From the NCBI GenBank assembly GCA_965209055.1, contig OZ242374.1, positions 1,856,001 to 1,920,000 of the forward strand: a stretch of 64,000 nt of DNA. Direction: 5' to 3'. Position numbers and translations under genes: made by a program. This document shows, one piece after another, positions 1-10,016 of the stretch (position 1 is the first letter of the stretch; each line of letters begins with the position of its first letter). The stretch is from Acidobacteriota bacterium. Its GTDB lineage: Bacteria; Acidobacteriota; UBA6911; RPQK01; JAJDTT01. The notes beneath the pieces were generated by a model. That model was given only the letters and a program-made list of their open reading frames with translations. It was not told where the DNA came from and made no database searches.

Positions 1-765
1 CTTGTAGGTGCGGACCCGCGTGAATTGGTCCACGTCGCCGGGGCGGGTCATTCCTACGACGGGGTGCAGCAGCAAGGCGCCGCCGGTTTCGTCCATGGCC
101 CGGCGGGTCAGCTCCTCGTGGGCCCGGTGCAGCGGGTTCCGGGTTTGAAAGGCGACCACGTTGGCGAAGCTCATTTTCGCCAGGCGGGAACGGGTTTCAA
201 TCGGGCTCAGGCGCAGCTCGGCGAAGTCGGGCCGGCGGGGCGGACGCAGCACCCGGAGCCTTCCGGACAGGTTGACTTTGCCCCAGCCGTGCATTTCGGT
301 GACCAGGGGATGGCGAATGTCCAGGGTGCCGAGGACGGCGTGGGCCGTCTCCCGGAAGTCCCATTCGTAGATCTCCTCCAACGTCATGATCGCCAGCAGG
401 TCGTTCCTGGAGTCCCGGAGGGCGATCTCCGCGTCCAATCGGAACGCCTCGGAGGGCGCAGCGGGGAGACCGACGGGAACGGGAAAGAGGGCGTCCGTCT
501 CCAGCCGCATCTCCCCCACCACCCGCTCGTGGTCGGCTCGGCTCATGAAGCGGGTCAGAGGGGAGAAGGCCCCGGACGCCATGAGTTCCAGGTCCAGCGC
601 ACTCCGCCGGGAAATTTGAAGCGAAGGGAGATAGGAAGCTCGCGCCCGGAGATCCGCGGACTCTTCCGGGCTCGCCACGAGATCCACGAGCCGGCCTTCC
701 CAGGGCGAGATCAGCTTGGTCTTCGGATCACTGGAATCGTGTGCCTGCGCCTCGGAAGGCTGCAT
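1..765 (-). CDS. sat: sulfate adenylyltransferase (ATP sulfurylase), 5' part; runs off the left edge
   Basis: Manual translation of the minus strand from ATG at 765 gives ...VVAFQTRNPLHRAHEELTRRAM...LLLHPVVGMTRPGDVDQFTRVRTYK, the QTRNPxHxxH signature; lies directly downstream of cysH. Not in the ORF track because it is truncated. Confidence 0.92.
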   Translation of the reverse strand, partial: MQPSEAQAHDSSDPKTKLISPWEGRLVDLVASPEESADLRARASYLPSLQISRRSALDLELMASGAFSPLTRFMSRADHERVVGEMRLETDALFPVPVGLPAAPSEAFRLDAEIALRDSRNDLLAIMTLEEIYEWDFRETAHAVLGTLDIRHPLVTEMHGWGKVNLSGRLRVLRPPRRPDFAELRLSPIETRSRLAKMSFANVVAFQTRNPLHRAHEELTRRAMDETGGALLLHPVVGMTRPGDVDQFTRVRTYK

Positions 766-803
766 TGTGCTCAAGAAGATTTGCGAAACGAAGGGCTACC
801 GAA

Positions 804-1532
804 TCAATCGGCTTTCCGGAGGCAGTGGATCCCGCATTCCCGGTGGCTTCCCTGCTCCCACCACCAGCGTCCGGCGCGTGGGTGCTCGCCGGGACGAAGA
901 GCCCGAGTGCAGGGGGCGCAGCCGATGCTGCCGTAACCCTGATCGTACAAGGGATGATAGGGGACCCGGTTGCGCCGGATGTAGTCCCAGACCTGATCGT
1001 GGGTCCAATCCGCCAGCGGACTCAGTTTGATCTTGGAACCGTGCTCCCAATCGGTTTCCAGCTTGCAGACACCGGCTCGGCTCGAAGACTGTTCCCTCCT
1101 CAGGCCGACCATCCAGGCGTCCAGGGGTTGGAGCATCCGTGTCAAAGGCTCTACCTTGCGGACGTGGCAGCAACGCTCTCGCTCTTCCCGGGATCGGTAG
1201 AAGAGGTTCATCCCGGATTCTCCCACCATGGTCTCCACGCTTGCGGCGTGAGGAAAGAAGACCTCCGGACGGATTCCATAGTGGTCCCGGACGCGGTCCA
1301 TCATTTCGTAGGTTTCGGCCGGAAGCCGTCCCGTGTCGATGGTCATGACCCGGACATCCTTGCGGTAGCGCCAGCAAAGATCCAGGATGACCATTCCCTC
1401 GGCCTGAAAACTGGTGCAGACGGCGATGCGGGGGTGCCACTGATCCAGCGCCCAAGCCACCAGATCCTCGGCCGGCATCATTTCTGCCGGTGCCGGCAGG
1501 GGAGTGACATTGGGTTGAATTTGAGTCTCCAT
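804..1532 (-). CDS. cysH: APS/PAPS reductase (Fe-S type, likely APS reductase)
   Basis: IDTGRLP, CCHVRKVEPL, SIGCAPCT, RAGRW and ECGIH motifs; CC...CxxC cluster ligands present. Confidence 0.93.
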   Translation of the reverse strand: METQIQPNVTPLPAPAEMMPAEDLVAWALDQWHPRIAVCTSFQAEGMVILDLCWRYRKDVRVMTIDTGRLPAETYEMMDRVRDHYGIRPEVFFPHAASVETMVGESGMNLFYRSREERERCCHVRKVEPLTRMLQPLDAWMVGLRREQSSSRAGVCKLETDWEHGSKIKLSPLADWTHDQVWDYIRRNRVPYHPLYDQGYGSIGCAPCTRALRPGEHPRAGRWWWEQGSHRECGIHCLRKAD

Positions 1533-1602
1533 GACCGTGTCTTCCGACGACGCGGCGCATTATCTAGTATTCCGATCGGAGTTGTCAAGAAAGAAAATGG
1601 GA

Positions 1603-1625
1603 GGGCAATTGGAAATCGCCGCTCC
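1603..1625 (-). repeat. GGAG-hairpin REP-like element
   Basis: Reverse complement reads GGAGCGGCGATTTCCAATTGCCC, near-identical to the copy at 8942. Confidence 0.7.
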
Positions 1626-1664
1626 TGTTGAATTCTCCCCACGCGAACCGATACGGTTTTCGGG

Positions 1665-2744
1665 ATGAAGGTCGACGTCCTCATCGTGGGCGCGGGTTTT
1701 GCCGGCGCCTCCACCGCATTTCACCTGAGCCGGTCGTTCCCGGGATCGATCCTGGTGATCGATCAGGAATCGGTGCCCGGCTTCCACGCCTCGGGCCGGA
1801 ATGCGGCCATGGTGAGGCAGCACGAGGAGCGGGAGGACATCCGGCGGGCCGCCGCCGCCAGTCGCCGGGCATACGGCGAGTACGAGTCGGAGCTGGGCTT
1901 TCGCCAGGTCGGGTCGTTGCTCCTGGGACCGGCGAACCGGTTGGAGGCGATGCGGGAACCCGACCGGATCGAATCGTATCTCCTGAGCCCGCGGGAAGCC
2001 CGCCGGAGAGTCCCGTTGCTGGACCGCCACGACTTCGGCGCCGCCCTCTGGACTCCCGCCGACGGCATCATGGACATTTCCGCGCTGCTGCAGCTCTACC
2101 TCGCCGGCAGCCGGGAGCGGGGGGTCTCCTTCCTGTTCGACTGCCAACTGCGAGGCTGCCGGGGGACGGGGCCGTTTCGAATCGACACCACGCAGGGCGA
2201 AATCACGGCCCGCCGCCTGGTCAACGCCACCGGCGCCTGGGCGCCGCTGGTCGGCCGACTCGCGGGCGCCGCGCCGGTTCCCATGCGTCCGTTGAAGCGC
2301 CACCTCTTCGTCCTGGGGGGAGTCCCCGGAGTGAATCCCCATTGGCCCATCGTCTGGAACCTGGCGGACAATTTCTATTTCAGGCCCGAGTCCGACGGAC
2401 TTCTCATCAGCGTCTGCGACGAGGGCGAGACCGAGAGCCTGGAACCGACCGTGGACGCGGACATGACCGAGGCGCTGGCCCAGCTCTGCTGGTCCAAGCT
2501 GCCCCACCTCAGAGACGCGGTCCAGGAGCAAGTCTGGTCCTGCTTTCGCACCAAGGCGTCCGACACCTCCTTCGTCATCGGTTGGGATCCGGAACTGGAG
2601 AATCTGTTCTGGGTCGCCGCCCTGGGGGGGCACGGCATGGGAGTCAGTTGGGAAGTCGGCCGCCGCGCCGCCCGGAAATTCCTGGACCGCGCGCATTCCG
2701 ATTCCTTCGACCCGGACCGGTTCCAATTCGCTCTCCGGCCGTAG
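1665..2744 (+). CDS. FAD-dependent oxidoreductase (DAO/glycine oxidase/sarcosine oxidase beta-like)
   Basis: N-terminal IVGAGFAG Rossmann motif, HASGRNAA, VNATGAW, GGHG near the C-terminus. Confidence 0.85.
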   Translation: MKVDVLIVGAGFAGASTAFHLSRSFPGSILVIDQESVPGFHASGRNAAMVRQHEEREDIRRAAAASRRAYGEYESELGFRQVGSLLLGPANRLEAMREPDRIESYLLSPREARRRVPLLDRHDFGAALWTPADGIMDISALLQLYLAGSRERGVSFLFDCQLRGCRGTGPFRIDTTQGEITARRLVNATGAWAPLVGRLAGAAPVPMRPLKRHLFVLGGVPGVNPHWPIVWNLADNFYFRPESDGLLISVCDEGETESLEPTVDADMTEALAQLCWSKLPHLRDAVQEQVWSCFRTKASDTSFVIGWDPELENLFWVAALGGHGMGVSWEVGRRAARKFLDRAHSDSFDPDRFQFALRP

Positions 2745-2821
2745 CCGTCCGTGGTGAGAGGCGTCTTGCTGGTACACTAGCCACGGAACCTCCCGCTGAG
2801 GTTCGGAGAGGAAGATCGACG

Positions 2822-3676
2822 GTGTTCAGACGACAGACGACCGGTTCGGTGGTGTGCCGATCCTGCGGCCTGTTGGTGGGAGTCAACGACTCCGAATGCT
2901 ATGAGTGCGGCTGCAAGAACCCGGGTCTCTGGGGTTTTGCGCCCCTGGTGCGGATTCTGGGCGACGACTTCGGTTTTCTCCGGCTGGTGACGGTGGGCTG
3001 CATCTTCCTGTACGTCGCGACCCTGGTCGTGGGTTCCGGAGAGTCCCGGGGTGGAGGCATGTTCTCGCTGTTGTCTCCCAGCCAGCACGGCCTGTTTCTG
3101 TTCGGCGCGAGCGGCGCCATTCCCGTGTTCCGTTACGATCGCTGGTGGACCCTGCTCAGTGCCGGTTGGCTCCACGGCGGGTTGCTCCACATCGGTTTCA
3201 ACCTGATGTGGGTCCGCCAACTGGCGCCGGTCACCGCCGAGATCTACGGCCCCGGCCGCATGATCCTCATCTACACCGTGGCCACCGCGGCCGGGTTCGG
3301 CTTGAGCACCGTGACCGGGATGTTTCTTCCCTTCCTGCCCGGACCGCTCCGGGGAGCCATGTTCTCGGTCGGCTCCTCCGCGGCCATATTCGGCCTTCTG
3401 GGGGCGCTGGTCTACGCCGGCCGCCGCGGCATCGGCAGCAACATCAGCCGGCAGGCCCGAGGGTACGCCATTATCCTGGGGATCTTCGGATTCATCTTCC
3501 CGAGAATCGACAACTGGGCTCATCTGGGGGGATTTCTGGGAGGCTACCTGTTGGCTCGCTGGCTGGACCCCATGCAACCCGAGCGCCTGAACCACCTGGC
3601 CGCCGCCGCCGTCTGCATCGTCCTCACGATCCTCTCCATCGTCGTGTCCGTAATCCACGGCTACCCCTTTATATAG
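2822..3676 (+). CDS. rhomboid-family intramembrane serine protease with N-terminal zinc ribbon
   Basis: GTG start inferred; CRSC..CYEC, WWTLLSAGWLHGGLLHIGFN, GSSAAIFG (Ser) and NWAHLGG (His); multiple TM helices. Confidence 0.88.
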   Translation: MFRRQTTGSVVCRSCGLLVGVNDSECYECGCKNPGLWGFAPLVRILGDDFGFLRLVTVGCIFLYVATLVVGSGESRGGGMFSLLSPSQHGLFLFGASGAIPVFRYDRWWTLLSAGWLHGGLLHIGFNLMWVRQLAPVTAEIYGPGRMILIYTVATAAGFGLSTVTGMFLPFLPGPLRGAMFSVGSSAAIFGLLGALVYAGRRGIGSNISRQARGYAIILGIFGFIFPRIDNWAHLGGFLGGYLLARWLDPMQPERLNHLAAAAVCIVLTILSIVVSVIHGYPFI

Positions 3677-3728
3677 TCCGTTCGCGGCTCATCTTTTTTC
3701 GGTCCAATCCAGTGCTATACTTCCCGGC

Positions 3729-4493
3729 ATGAAGAGACTGACCGAAGCTCAAATCACGCAATATCGGGATCAGGGCTACCTGATCGTGGAGAACGTCATC
3801 CCCCCGGACCAGGTGGAGGCGCTGAAGCAGCGGACGGCGGACATCGCCGAGGGACGCGTCCCTTTTCCCGAGACGAATCTGGAGCTGGAACCCACGGCCA
3901 ACGGCCGCCGGTCGGTCGAGACGATTCGCAAGCTGGACCATTGCGCCGAGAACGATCCCGTGTTTCTCCGCCACGCCAAAAACGGTCGTATTCTGGACAT
4001 GGTGGAGGACCTGATCGGTCCCGACGTGAAGCTCTTCGAAAGCCAGCTCTTCATGAAGCCGCCCGGGGGCGTCGAGAAGCCGTACCACCAGGATTCGGCT
4101 TATTTCTTCATCGAGCCCATGGCGCTGGTCACCTGTTGGTCGGCGCTGGATGACGTCACCGTAGCCAACGGGAGCATGTGGGTGATTCCGGGCAGCCACC
4201 TGGGCGGAGTCGTGGACCACGGCGAGCCCTGGCAGATCGGGGACCGCGTCGACAAGCAGGTTCCGGCCAGCGCCATGGACCTGGCGTCCGAGGCGCCCGT
4301 GGTCATGCCGGCGGGGAGCTGCTCATTTCATCACAGCCTGCTGCTGCACAGCTCACGCCCCAACCGGACGAACCATTCCCGGCGCGGTTTCGCCGTGCAC
4401 TACATGACTGCCCGCTCCCGGTGGACGAACCCTTCGCTGCCCATGCCGAGCTATCGGCTTCTGAGGGGGCGGGAGTATCCCGGCTGCGTCTGA
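3729..4493 (+). CDS. phytanoyl-CoA dioxygenase (PhyH) family Fe(II)/2OG dioxygenase
   Basis: YRDQGYL start, KPPG..PYHQD (HxD), NGSMWVIPGSH, HSSRPNRT..RR. Confidence 0.9.
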   Translation: MKRLTEAQITQYRDQGYLIVENVIPPDQVEALKQRTADIAEGRVPFPETNLELEPTANGRRSVETIRKLDHCAENDPVFLRHAKNGRILDMVEDLIGPDVKLFESQLFMKPPGGVEKPYHQDSAYFFIEPMALVTCWSALDDVTVANGSMWVIPGSHLGGVVDHGEPWQIGDRVDKQVPASAMDLASEAPVVMPAGSCSFHHSLLLHSSRPNRTNHSRRGFAVHYMTARSRWTNPSLPMPSYRLLRGREYPGCV

Positions 4494-4528
4494 CCTTTCA
4501 GTCCGTGGCGACTTTTGCCACGGGCTGT

Positions 4529-5131
4529 TCAGTCCGCCTTCTTCTCCTCGTCCTCGCCGGTCTTCTCCTCGGGAGGATCGGGAGCGAGTTCCTGGCCTGA
4601 AACCACTTCCAGCTCGGGCAGCGACTGGCGCAGGGCGTCCACGCCGGCCGGGGTCACCTGGGTCTTCCAGACGAACAACTTCCGGAGTTTGGACAATCCT
4701 TTCAGGTGCTGGAGGCCGGCGTCGCTGACCGCTGTCTCGTACAGGTTCAGGTAGACGAGATTGGTCAGATCCTTGAGATTCTCCAGGCCGGCGTCGGTAA
4801 CGGCGGTCTTTTCCAGGTGGAGGCGCTGGAGGGTCTTGAGGCCCTTCAAGTGGACCAGGCCGGCATCGGTGATGGCCGCCTTGCGAAGGTTCAGGTTGAC
4901 CACGTTCGTGAGCTGCTCCAAGGGCGCCAGGTCTCCGTCCTCCGCCGGTTTCGAGACCAGATGGAAGGCGACGTCGAGGCTGGGGTCGTTTTGGGCGACT
5001 TCCAGCACCAGCCCTCCTTTCTCCTGGATGCCGGCGATGGCTTCCGTCTCCGCCTGTGATCTTTCGGTCTCCCCGAGCGCGGAAATGGATGCCGAAAGCA
5101 GAACAATTGCAAGACCGAACGGTTTCTTCAT
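4529..5131 (-). CDS. secreted leucine-rich-repeat protein
   Basis: Signal-peptide-like MKKPFGLAIVLLSASISALG; repeated LxxLxxLxLxxTxVTDAGLxxL units. Confidence 0.82.
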   Translation of the reverse strand: MKKPFGLAIVLLSASISALGETERSQAETEAIAGIQEKGGLVLEVAQNDPSLDVAFHLVSKPAEDGDLAPLEQLTNVVNLNLRKAAITDAGLVHLKGLKTLQRLHLEKTAVTDAGLENLKDLTNLVYLNLYETAVSDAGLQHLKGLSKLRKLFVWKTQVTPAGVDALRQSLPELEVVSGQELAPDPPEEKTGEDEEKKAD

Positions 5132-5156
5132 GACGTGTGTCTCCCTCATGAAAGGT

Positions 5157-6143
5157 TCATGCAACCAGATGACAGGCCGCCCAGTGGCCCGGTCGAACTT
5201 CCTGAAGCGGGGGATCCTCCCGGTGACACCGATCGACGGCAACCGGGCAGCGGGTGCAGAAGTTGCAGCCGGCGGGCGGGTCCGCCGGGTCGGGAGGATC
5301 GCCCTTCAGAACGATCCTGCTGCGGCGGGTCTCCAGGTCGGGATCGGGCAGGGGAACGGCCGAGATGAGCGCCTGCGTATACGGATGCAAGGGGCTCCCG
5401 TAGAGGTCGTCCCGGGTGGCGAGCTCGACGATCCGGCCCAGGTACATGACCGCGACCCGGTCGCTGATGTGCCGGACCATGCTCAGGTCGTGGGCGATGA
5501 AAAGGTAGGTCAGGCCGAACTGCTTCTGGAGATCCTCCAGAAGATTGATGACCTGCGCCTGAATCGAGACGTCCAGAGCCGAAACCGGCTCGTCGCAGAT
5601 GATGAAGTCGGGCTGCAGGGCCAGGGCCCGGGCGATGCCGATCCGCTGGCGCTGGCCGCCGGAGAACTCGTGAGGATAGCGGTCTGCGTAGCCGGGGTTG
5701 AGACCCACCAATTCCATGAGCTCCCGCACCCTCTCCTGCCGGCGTCCCCGGGCCAGTTGATGGATTTCCAAGGGTTCGGACAGGATCTGTCCCGCCGTCA
5801 TCCGGGGGTTCAGGGAAGCGTACGGATCCTGAAAAATCATCTGCATCCGGCGGCGCATGCGCCTCAGTGCCACGCCCTTGAGTTCCGTCAGTTCCACTCC
5901 GTCCAGGAAGACCCGGCCCGCGGTGGGACGCTGCAACTGCAGGATGGCCCTCCCGGTGCTGGACTTGCCGCAGCCGCTCTCTCCCACCAGCCCCAGCGTC
6001 TCTCCTCTCCGAATGAGGAAGGAGATGCCGTCGACGGCGCGCACCGCACCCACCTGGCGCCGGAACAGGACGCCCCGGTTCACCGGATAGTATTGCTTGA
6101 GTCCCTCCACCCGCACCAGTTCCGGAGCTTCCCGGACAGTCAC
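5157..6143 (-). CDS. oligopeptide/dipeptide ABC transporter ATP-binding protein (OppF/DppF-like)
   Basis: [31 protein letters not shown] and C-terminal Cys motif; GTG start overlaps the upstream stop. Confidence 0.93.
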   Translation of the reverse strand: MTVREAPELVRVEGLKQYYPVNRGVLFRRQVGAVRAVDGISFLIRRGETLGLVGESGCGKSSTGRAILQLQRPTAGRVFLDGVELTELKGVALRRMRRRMQMIFQDPYASLNPRMTAGQILSEPLEIHQLARGRRQERVRELMELVGLNPGYADRYPHEFSGGQRQRIGIARALALQPDFIICDEPVSALDVSIQAQVINLLEDLQKQFGLTYLFIAHDLSMVRHISDRVAVMYLGRIVELATRDDLYGSPLHPYTQALISAVPLPDPDLETRRSRIVLKGDPPDPADPPAGCNFCTRCPVAVDRCHREDPPLQEVRPGHWAACHLVA

Positions 6144-7126
6144 CGGGCACCTCCCGCCAGCTCGTCCTTCTGCCAACAGGACACCCGGTGAGCGGCTCCC
6201 ACCGCCTCCAGATACGGGACCTCCTGCCGGCACCGCTGGACGGTGTGGCCGCACCGCGGCGCGAAGGGACAGCCAGGGAGCTCCTCGATCAGGTCGGGCG
6301 GCTGCCCTGGAATGGAGGCCAGACGCTTCGTCCCGGCCACCGCGTGGGGCGTGGCCCGCAGCAGACCCCTGGTGTAGGGATGCCCGGGGGTATTGTAGAG
6401 AGCCCGGACGTCGGCCTCCTCCACGATGGCGCCGGCGTACATGACCATCACCCGCTGGGCCAGCCGGGCGATCACTCCCAGGTCGTGACTGATCCAGATC
6501 ACCGCCATCCCCAGCTTCTGTTGCAACTCCTTGACCAGATCCACGATCTGGGCCTGCAGGGTCACGTCCAACGCCGTCGTCGGTTCATCCGCAATCAGCA
6601 GGCGTGGATTGCACGCCAGGGCCATGGAGATCATGGCCCGCTGCCGCATGCCTCCGGAGAATTCGTGCGGGTACTGATCGAGCCGCCGCTCCGGGTCGGG
6701 GATTCCCACCAGTCCCAGAAGCTCGCGGGCCCGGTCGCGGGACTGCCGGTAGGTCATCCCCTCATGCAGCCGCAAGACCTCCTGGATCTGGAAGCCTATG
6801 GTGAGGACGGGGTTGAGGGAAGCCAGCGGATCCTGAAAGACCATGGCGATCTCGGACCAGCGGACCTTGCGCATCTCCCGCTCGCTGAACTGGAGCAGGT
6901 CGCGGCCGTCGAAGAGGATCTCGCCTCCCACGATCTTTCCGGGAGGATCGGGCAGGAGCCGGAGCAGGCAGAGGGCGCTGGCGCTCTTGCCGCAGCCGCT
7001 CTCTCCCACCAGTCCCAGCGTTTCTCCCTGATCCAGAGAGTAGGAGATGGAGTCGACGGCTCGAACCACGCCGCCGGGAGTGGTGTAGCGGGCGCTCAAC
7101 CTTTTTACTTCCAGCAGGTGAGTCAC
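6140..7126 (-). CDS. oligopeptide/dipeptide ABC transporter ATP-binding protein (OppD/DppD-like)
   Basis: [40 protein letters not shown]; this is the real C-terminal part of the long 6140..9181 ORF. Confidence 0.92.
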   Translation of the reverse strand: MTHLLEVKRLSARYTTPGGVVRAVDSISYSLDQGETLGLVGESGCGKSASALCLLRLLPDPPGKIVGGEILFDGRDLLQFSEREMRKVRWSEIAMVFQDPLASLNPVLTIGFQIQEVLRLHEGMTYRQSRDRARELLGLVGIPDPERRLDQYPHEFSGGMRQRAMISMALACNPRLLIADEPTTALDVTLQAQIVDLVKELQQKLGMAVIWISHDLGVIARLAQRVMVMYAGAIVEEADVRALYNTPGHPYTRGLLRATPHAVAGTKRLASIPGQPPDLIEELPGCPFAPRCGHTVQRCRQEVPYLEAVGAAHRVSCWQKDELAGGAR

Positions 7127-7252
7127 AGGTGCGGATCCCCAGTCGCGCCCCGGGGCGGGACATTCACCAGGGGCTGTTGACCCCGGCCCATGGAGGCGGC
7201 CAATATACCGCCGCAAGCCCGGTTCGGGCAAGATGAGGGTCAGGAACTGAAG

Positions 7253-9022
7253 ATGTCGGCGGCGCTGCGGGAATTTCGGCTTTCGCTCCTTGCGGCCTTC
7301 GTCTGTTTGGCCGCTCCCGGTTGTGGCGGGCAGGCGGATCTCCCCGTTCCGGAGCCCGGCAAGACCCTGGTGATCGGCGTTTCCCAGGAACCGGACGCCC
7401 TCTTCGGTATCGTGGGAAACCTGATGGTTTCGGGCGACGTGGGATCCTTCATCTGGCGTCCGCTGCTGCTCATCGATTCCCGGCGCCGGCCCTTCTGCGT
7501 GCTCTGCACCGAGTTGCCCAGCCTGGAGAACGGCCTCTTGAAGGTGGACTACGAAAAGGGGGTGATGGAGGCCACGTTCCAATTGAGGCGGGGTCTCCAA
7601 TGGGCCGACGGGACCGAGATCACCGCCCGCGACGCCGCCTTCGCCTGGGAGCTCATGAGTGACGAGCAGTACCCTCACGGGGCGTCCTACATGGAGCCCA
7701 TCGGCGACGTCCAGGCCCTGGACTCCCACGCCATCCGGGTGTCCTACAAGACGTTGTGGCCCTTCGGGAACGCGGACCTCCGGTTGCGTCTCATCCCCGA
7801 GGGCTACTACCGTCCCATCTGGGAGCGGTACCGTTCGGAGGGAGGGGCCTATTGGGATCGTTTCCTGGCCGATGAGAAGGTCAGCGTCTATCCGAAGGCC
7901 AACGGCCCCTTCCAGGTCCGGGAGTGGGCCTCGGGCAGCCATATCCTGTTGGTCCGCAATCCGGCCTACAACGTGGGCCCGCCGCCCAAACTGGAGCGGA
8001 TCCTGGTGCGGGTGATTCCCGATCTCAACGCCTTGGCCATCGCCGTCTCCACCCGCCAGGTCCACCTGACGGACGGCTGGCTCACTCTGGAACAAGCCCG
8101 CGAATTGGAGGAGACTCCCGCGATCGAGATCCGATATGTCGATTCGGCTTGGCTGGAGCATGCCACCTTGCAGGTCAAACACCCTCCTTTCGACGACCTG
8201 AGGGTGCGGCGGGCGCTCCTCCTGGCCATCGACCGGGCGGGGATCAACCACGCCATCTTCCGGGGCAAGCAGCCCCCGGCCCACTCCTGGGTCCACCCCA
8301 GCCATCCGGCTCACAACCCCGGGCTGTCCCGGTATGGCTATGATCCGGAACGGGCGCAAAGACTCCTGGAGCAGGCCGGCTGGTCCAGGGAAAGGGACGG
8401 GCCGCTCCGAAACGCCCGGGGAGAGCCCATGCGCCTGACCCTGATCACCATCGCGGGGGACAGGACCCGGCTGCAGGTGGTGTCGGTGCTCCAGGCCCTG
8501 TGGCAGGAGTTGGGCATCCAGGTGGAAATCCGGCCCGAGTCGGCACGGCTGCTCTTTCCCGACACGCTGCAGAGGCAGAATCTGCAACCGGGAGGCGTGG
8601 CCGTCTGGCGTTGGGTCATCCAGCCGGAAGCCACGGTCTCCGCCTATGGGCTCTGGTGGCCCAGAGGCACGAACCTGGATCAGTTGACGCCAGGGTCGCC
8701 CTGGAACGCGGTCCAGGAGAACAAGGACCTGATCCGGCAGGCGCTGGGCACCATCGACGACGAAAAACGCTATGGCCTGCTGCGCCGCCAGCAGGAGGTC
8801 TGGGTTCGCGAGCTGCCCACCCTGCCCCTGTACTGGCACGTCCGGGTCGTGAGCATGGACCGGCGCCTCACCGGCTACGTCCCCTACCCGGATCAATTTC
8901 TGGGATGGGGAGTCGAAAACTGGCGCCTGGAAGCGGCGACTGGAGCGGCGATTTCCAATCGCCGACCTCCAAACGAACATAACGCCAATACACCACCGGA
9001 AGACCCCCAACCCTCCCTCTAA
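7253..9022 (+). CDS. peptide ABC transporter substrate-binding lipoprotein (family 5)
   Basis: Lipobox-like LAAPGC, QEPDAL, LRRGLQWADG, NGPFQV, PFDDLRVRRAL, YDPERAQRLLEQAGW. Confidence 0.9.
   Translation: MSAALREFRLSLLAAFVCLAAPGCGGQADLPVPEPGKTLVIGVSQEPDALFGIVGNLMVSGDVGSFIWRPLLLIDSRRRPFCVLCTELPSLENGLLKVDYEKGVMEATFQLRRGLQWADGTEITARDAAFAWELMSDEQYPHGASYMEPIGDVQALDSHAIRVSYKTLWPFGNADLRLRLIPEGYYRPIWERYRSEGGAYWDRFLADEKVSVYPKANGPFQVREWASGSHILLVRNPAYNVGPPPKLERILVRVIPDLNALAIAVSTRQVHLTDGWLTLEQARELEETPAIEIRYVDSAWLEHATLQVKHPPFDDLRVRRALLLAIDRAGINHAIFRGKQPPAHSWVHPSHPAHNPGLSRYGYDPERAQRLLEQAGWSRERDGPLRNARGEPMRLTLITIAGDRTRLQVVSVLQALWQELGIQVEIRPESARLLFPDTLQRQNLQPGGVAVWRWVIQPEATVSAYGLWWPRGTNLDQLTPGSPWNAVQENKDLIRQALGTIDDEKRYGLLRRQQEVWVRELPTLPLYWHVRVVSMDRRLTGYVPYPDQFLGWGVENWRLEAATGAAISNRRPPNEHNANTPPEDPQPSL
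8942..8964 (+). repeat. GGAG-hairpin REP-like element inside the 3' end of the substrate-binding gene
   Basis: GGAG CGGCGA TTTCCAA TCGCCG. Confidence 0.72.
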
Positions 9023-9050
9023 CCTTGGACTGCCACGACCCACCCAAGCC

Positions 9051-10007
9051 ATGGTCCGACACCTGCTGAGACGCTCTCTCCAGACCATCCCCGTGGTCTT
9101 CTTCGTCACCGTCGTGGTCTTCACCCTGATGCAACTGGCGCCCGGGGACCCCATGGACATGCTGGTGTTGTCCAATCCCAACGTGACGCCGGAGGAGGTC
9201 GAGCGGTTGCGGGCCGTCTACGGCCTGGACGATCCGATCCATATCCAATACTTCCGCTGGTTGTCCCAGGTCGCTCAGGGGAACCTGGGATATTCCCGCC
9301 TCTACCATCGTCCCATCACCAGCATCCTTCCCCAACGTCTGGCCAACACCCTGGCCCTGACCGGCCTCAGCCTGCTGGTGAGTATCCTCATCGCCATACC
9401 CATCGGGGTCTACAGCGCTCTGCGCCAGTATTCCGTGGCGGACTATCTGCTCTCTCTGGTGGCCTTCGTGGGAATCTCCTTCCCGGTGTTCTGGTCCGGG
9501 ATTCTGGTCATTCTCCTCTTCTCCGTGGTCCTCGGCTGGTTGCCGCCCGGAGGGCATCCCTCCATCGAGCCGGGTCTGGGCTTCTGGGGGCAGGCCCGGT
9601 ACTACGTGGCTCCGGTTCTGGTGCTGAGCCTTTTCAGCACCGCCAGTTGGATGCGCTACATGCGGTCCAGCCTGTTGGAAGTGATCCGCCAGGACTACAT
9701 TCTGACGGCGCGGGCCAAGGGTCTTGCGGGAAGGGTGATCTGGGTGCGCCACGCCCTCCGGAACGCGCTGATTCCCATCGTGACCCTGATCGCCCTCACC
9801 ATTCCCGCCCTGATCGGCGGGGCCGTGGTGACCGAGATCGTCTTCTCCTGGCCCGGGATGGGGAGATTGATCTTCGATTCGCTGATGAACAACGACTACT
9901 ACCTGGCCATGGCCATCTTCCTCATCTTCGGACTGCTGGTGGCCCTGTTCAATCTGTTGGCCGAAGTGGCCTACGCCTTCCTGGACCCCCGGATCCGAAT
10001 GGAGTAA
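9051..10007 (+). CDS. peptide ABC transporter permease (OppB/DppB-like)
   Basis: APGDP, YGLDDP, DYILTARAKGL, HALRNAL, FSWPGMG, LDPRI. Confidence 0.93.
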   Translation: MVRHLLRRSLQTIPVVFFVTVVVFTLMQLAPGDPMDMLVLSNPNVTPEEVERLRAVYGLDDPIHIQYFRWLSQVAQGNLGYSRLYHRPITSILPQRLANTLALTGLSLLVSILIAIPIGVYSALRQYSVADYLLSLVAFVGISFPVFWSGILVILLFSVVLGWLPPGGHPSIEPGLGFWGQARYYVAPVLVLSLFSTASWMRYMRSSLLEVIRQDYILTARAKGLAGRVIWVRHALRNALIPIVTLIALTIPALIGGAVVTEIVFSWPGMGRLIFDSLMNNDYYLAMAIFLIFGLLVALFNLLAEVAYAFLDPRIRME

Positions 10008-10016
10008 GCGGCGACC

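Noticed and set aside
1628-2821. Apparent long N-terminal extension of the rhomboid ORF
   Set aside because: Overlaps the FAD oxidoreductase in another frame and is Arg/Gly/Pro-rich noise; a GTG start with RBS exists at 2822.
6140-9181. Apparent 1013-aa ABC ATPase with a giant N-terminal extension
   Set aside because: The extension is antisense to the substrate-binding gene; ATPase homology begins at about 7126.
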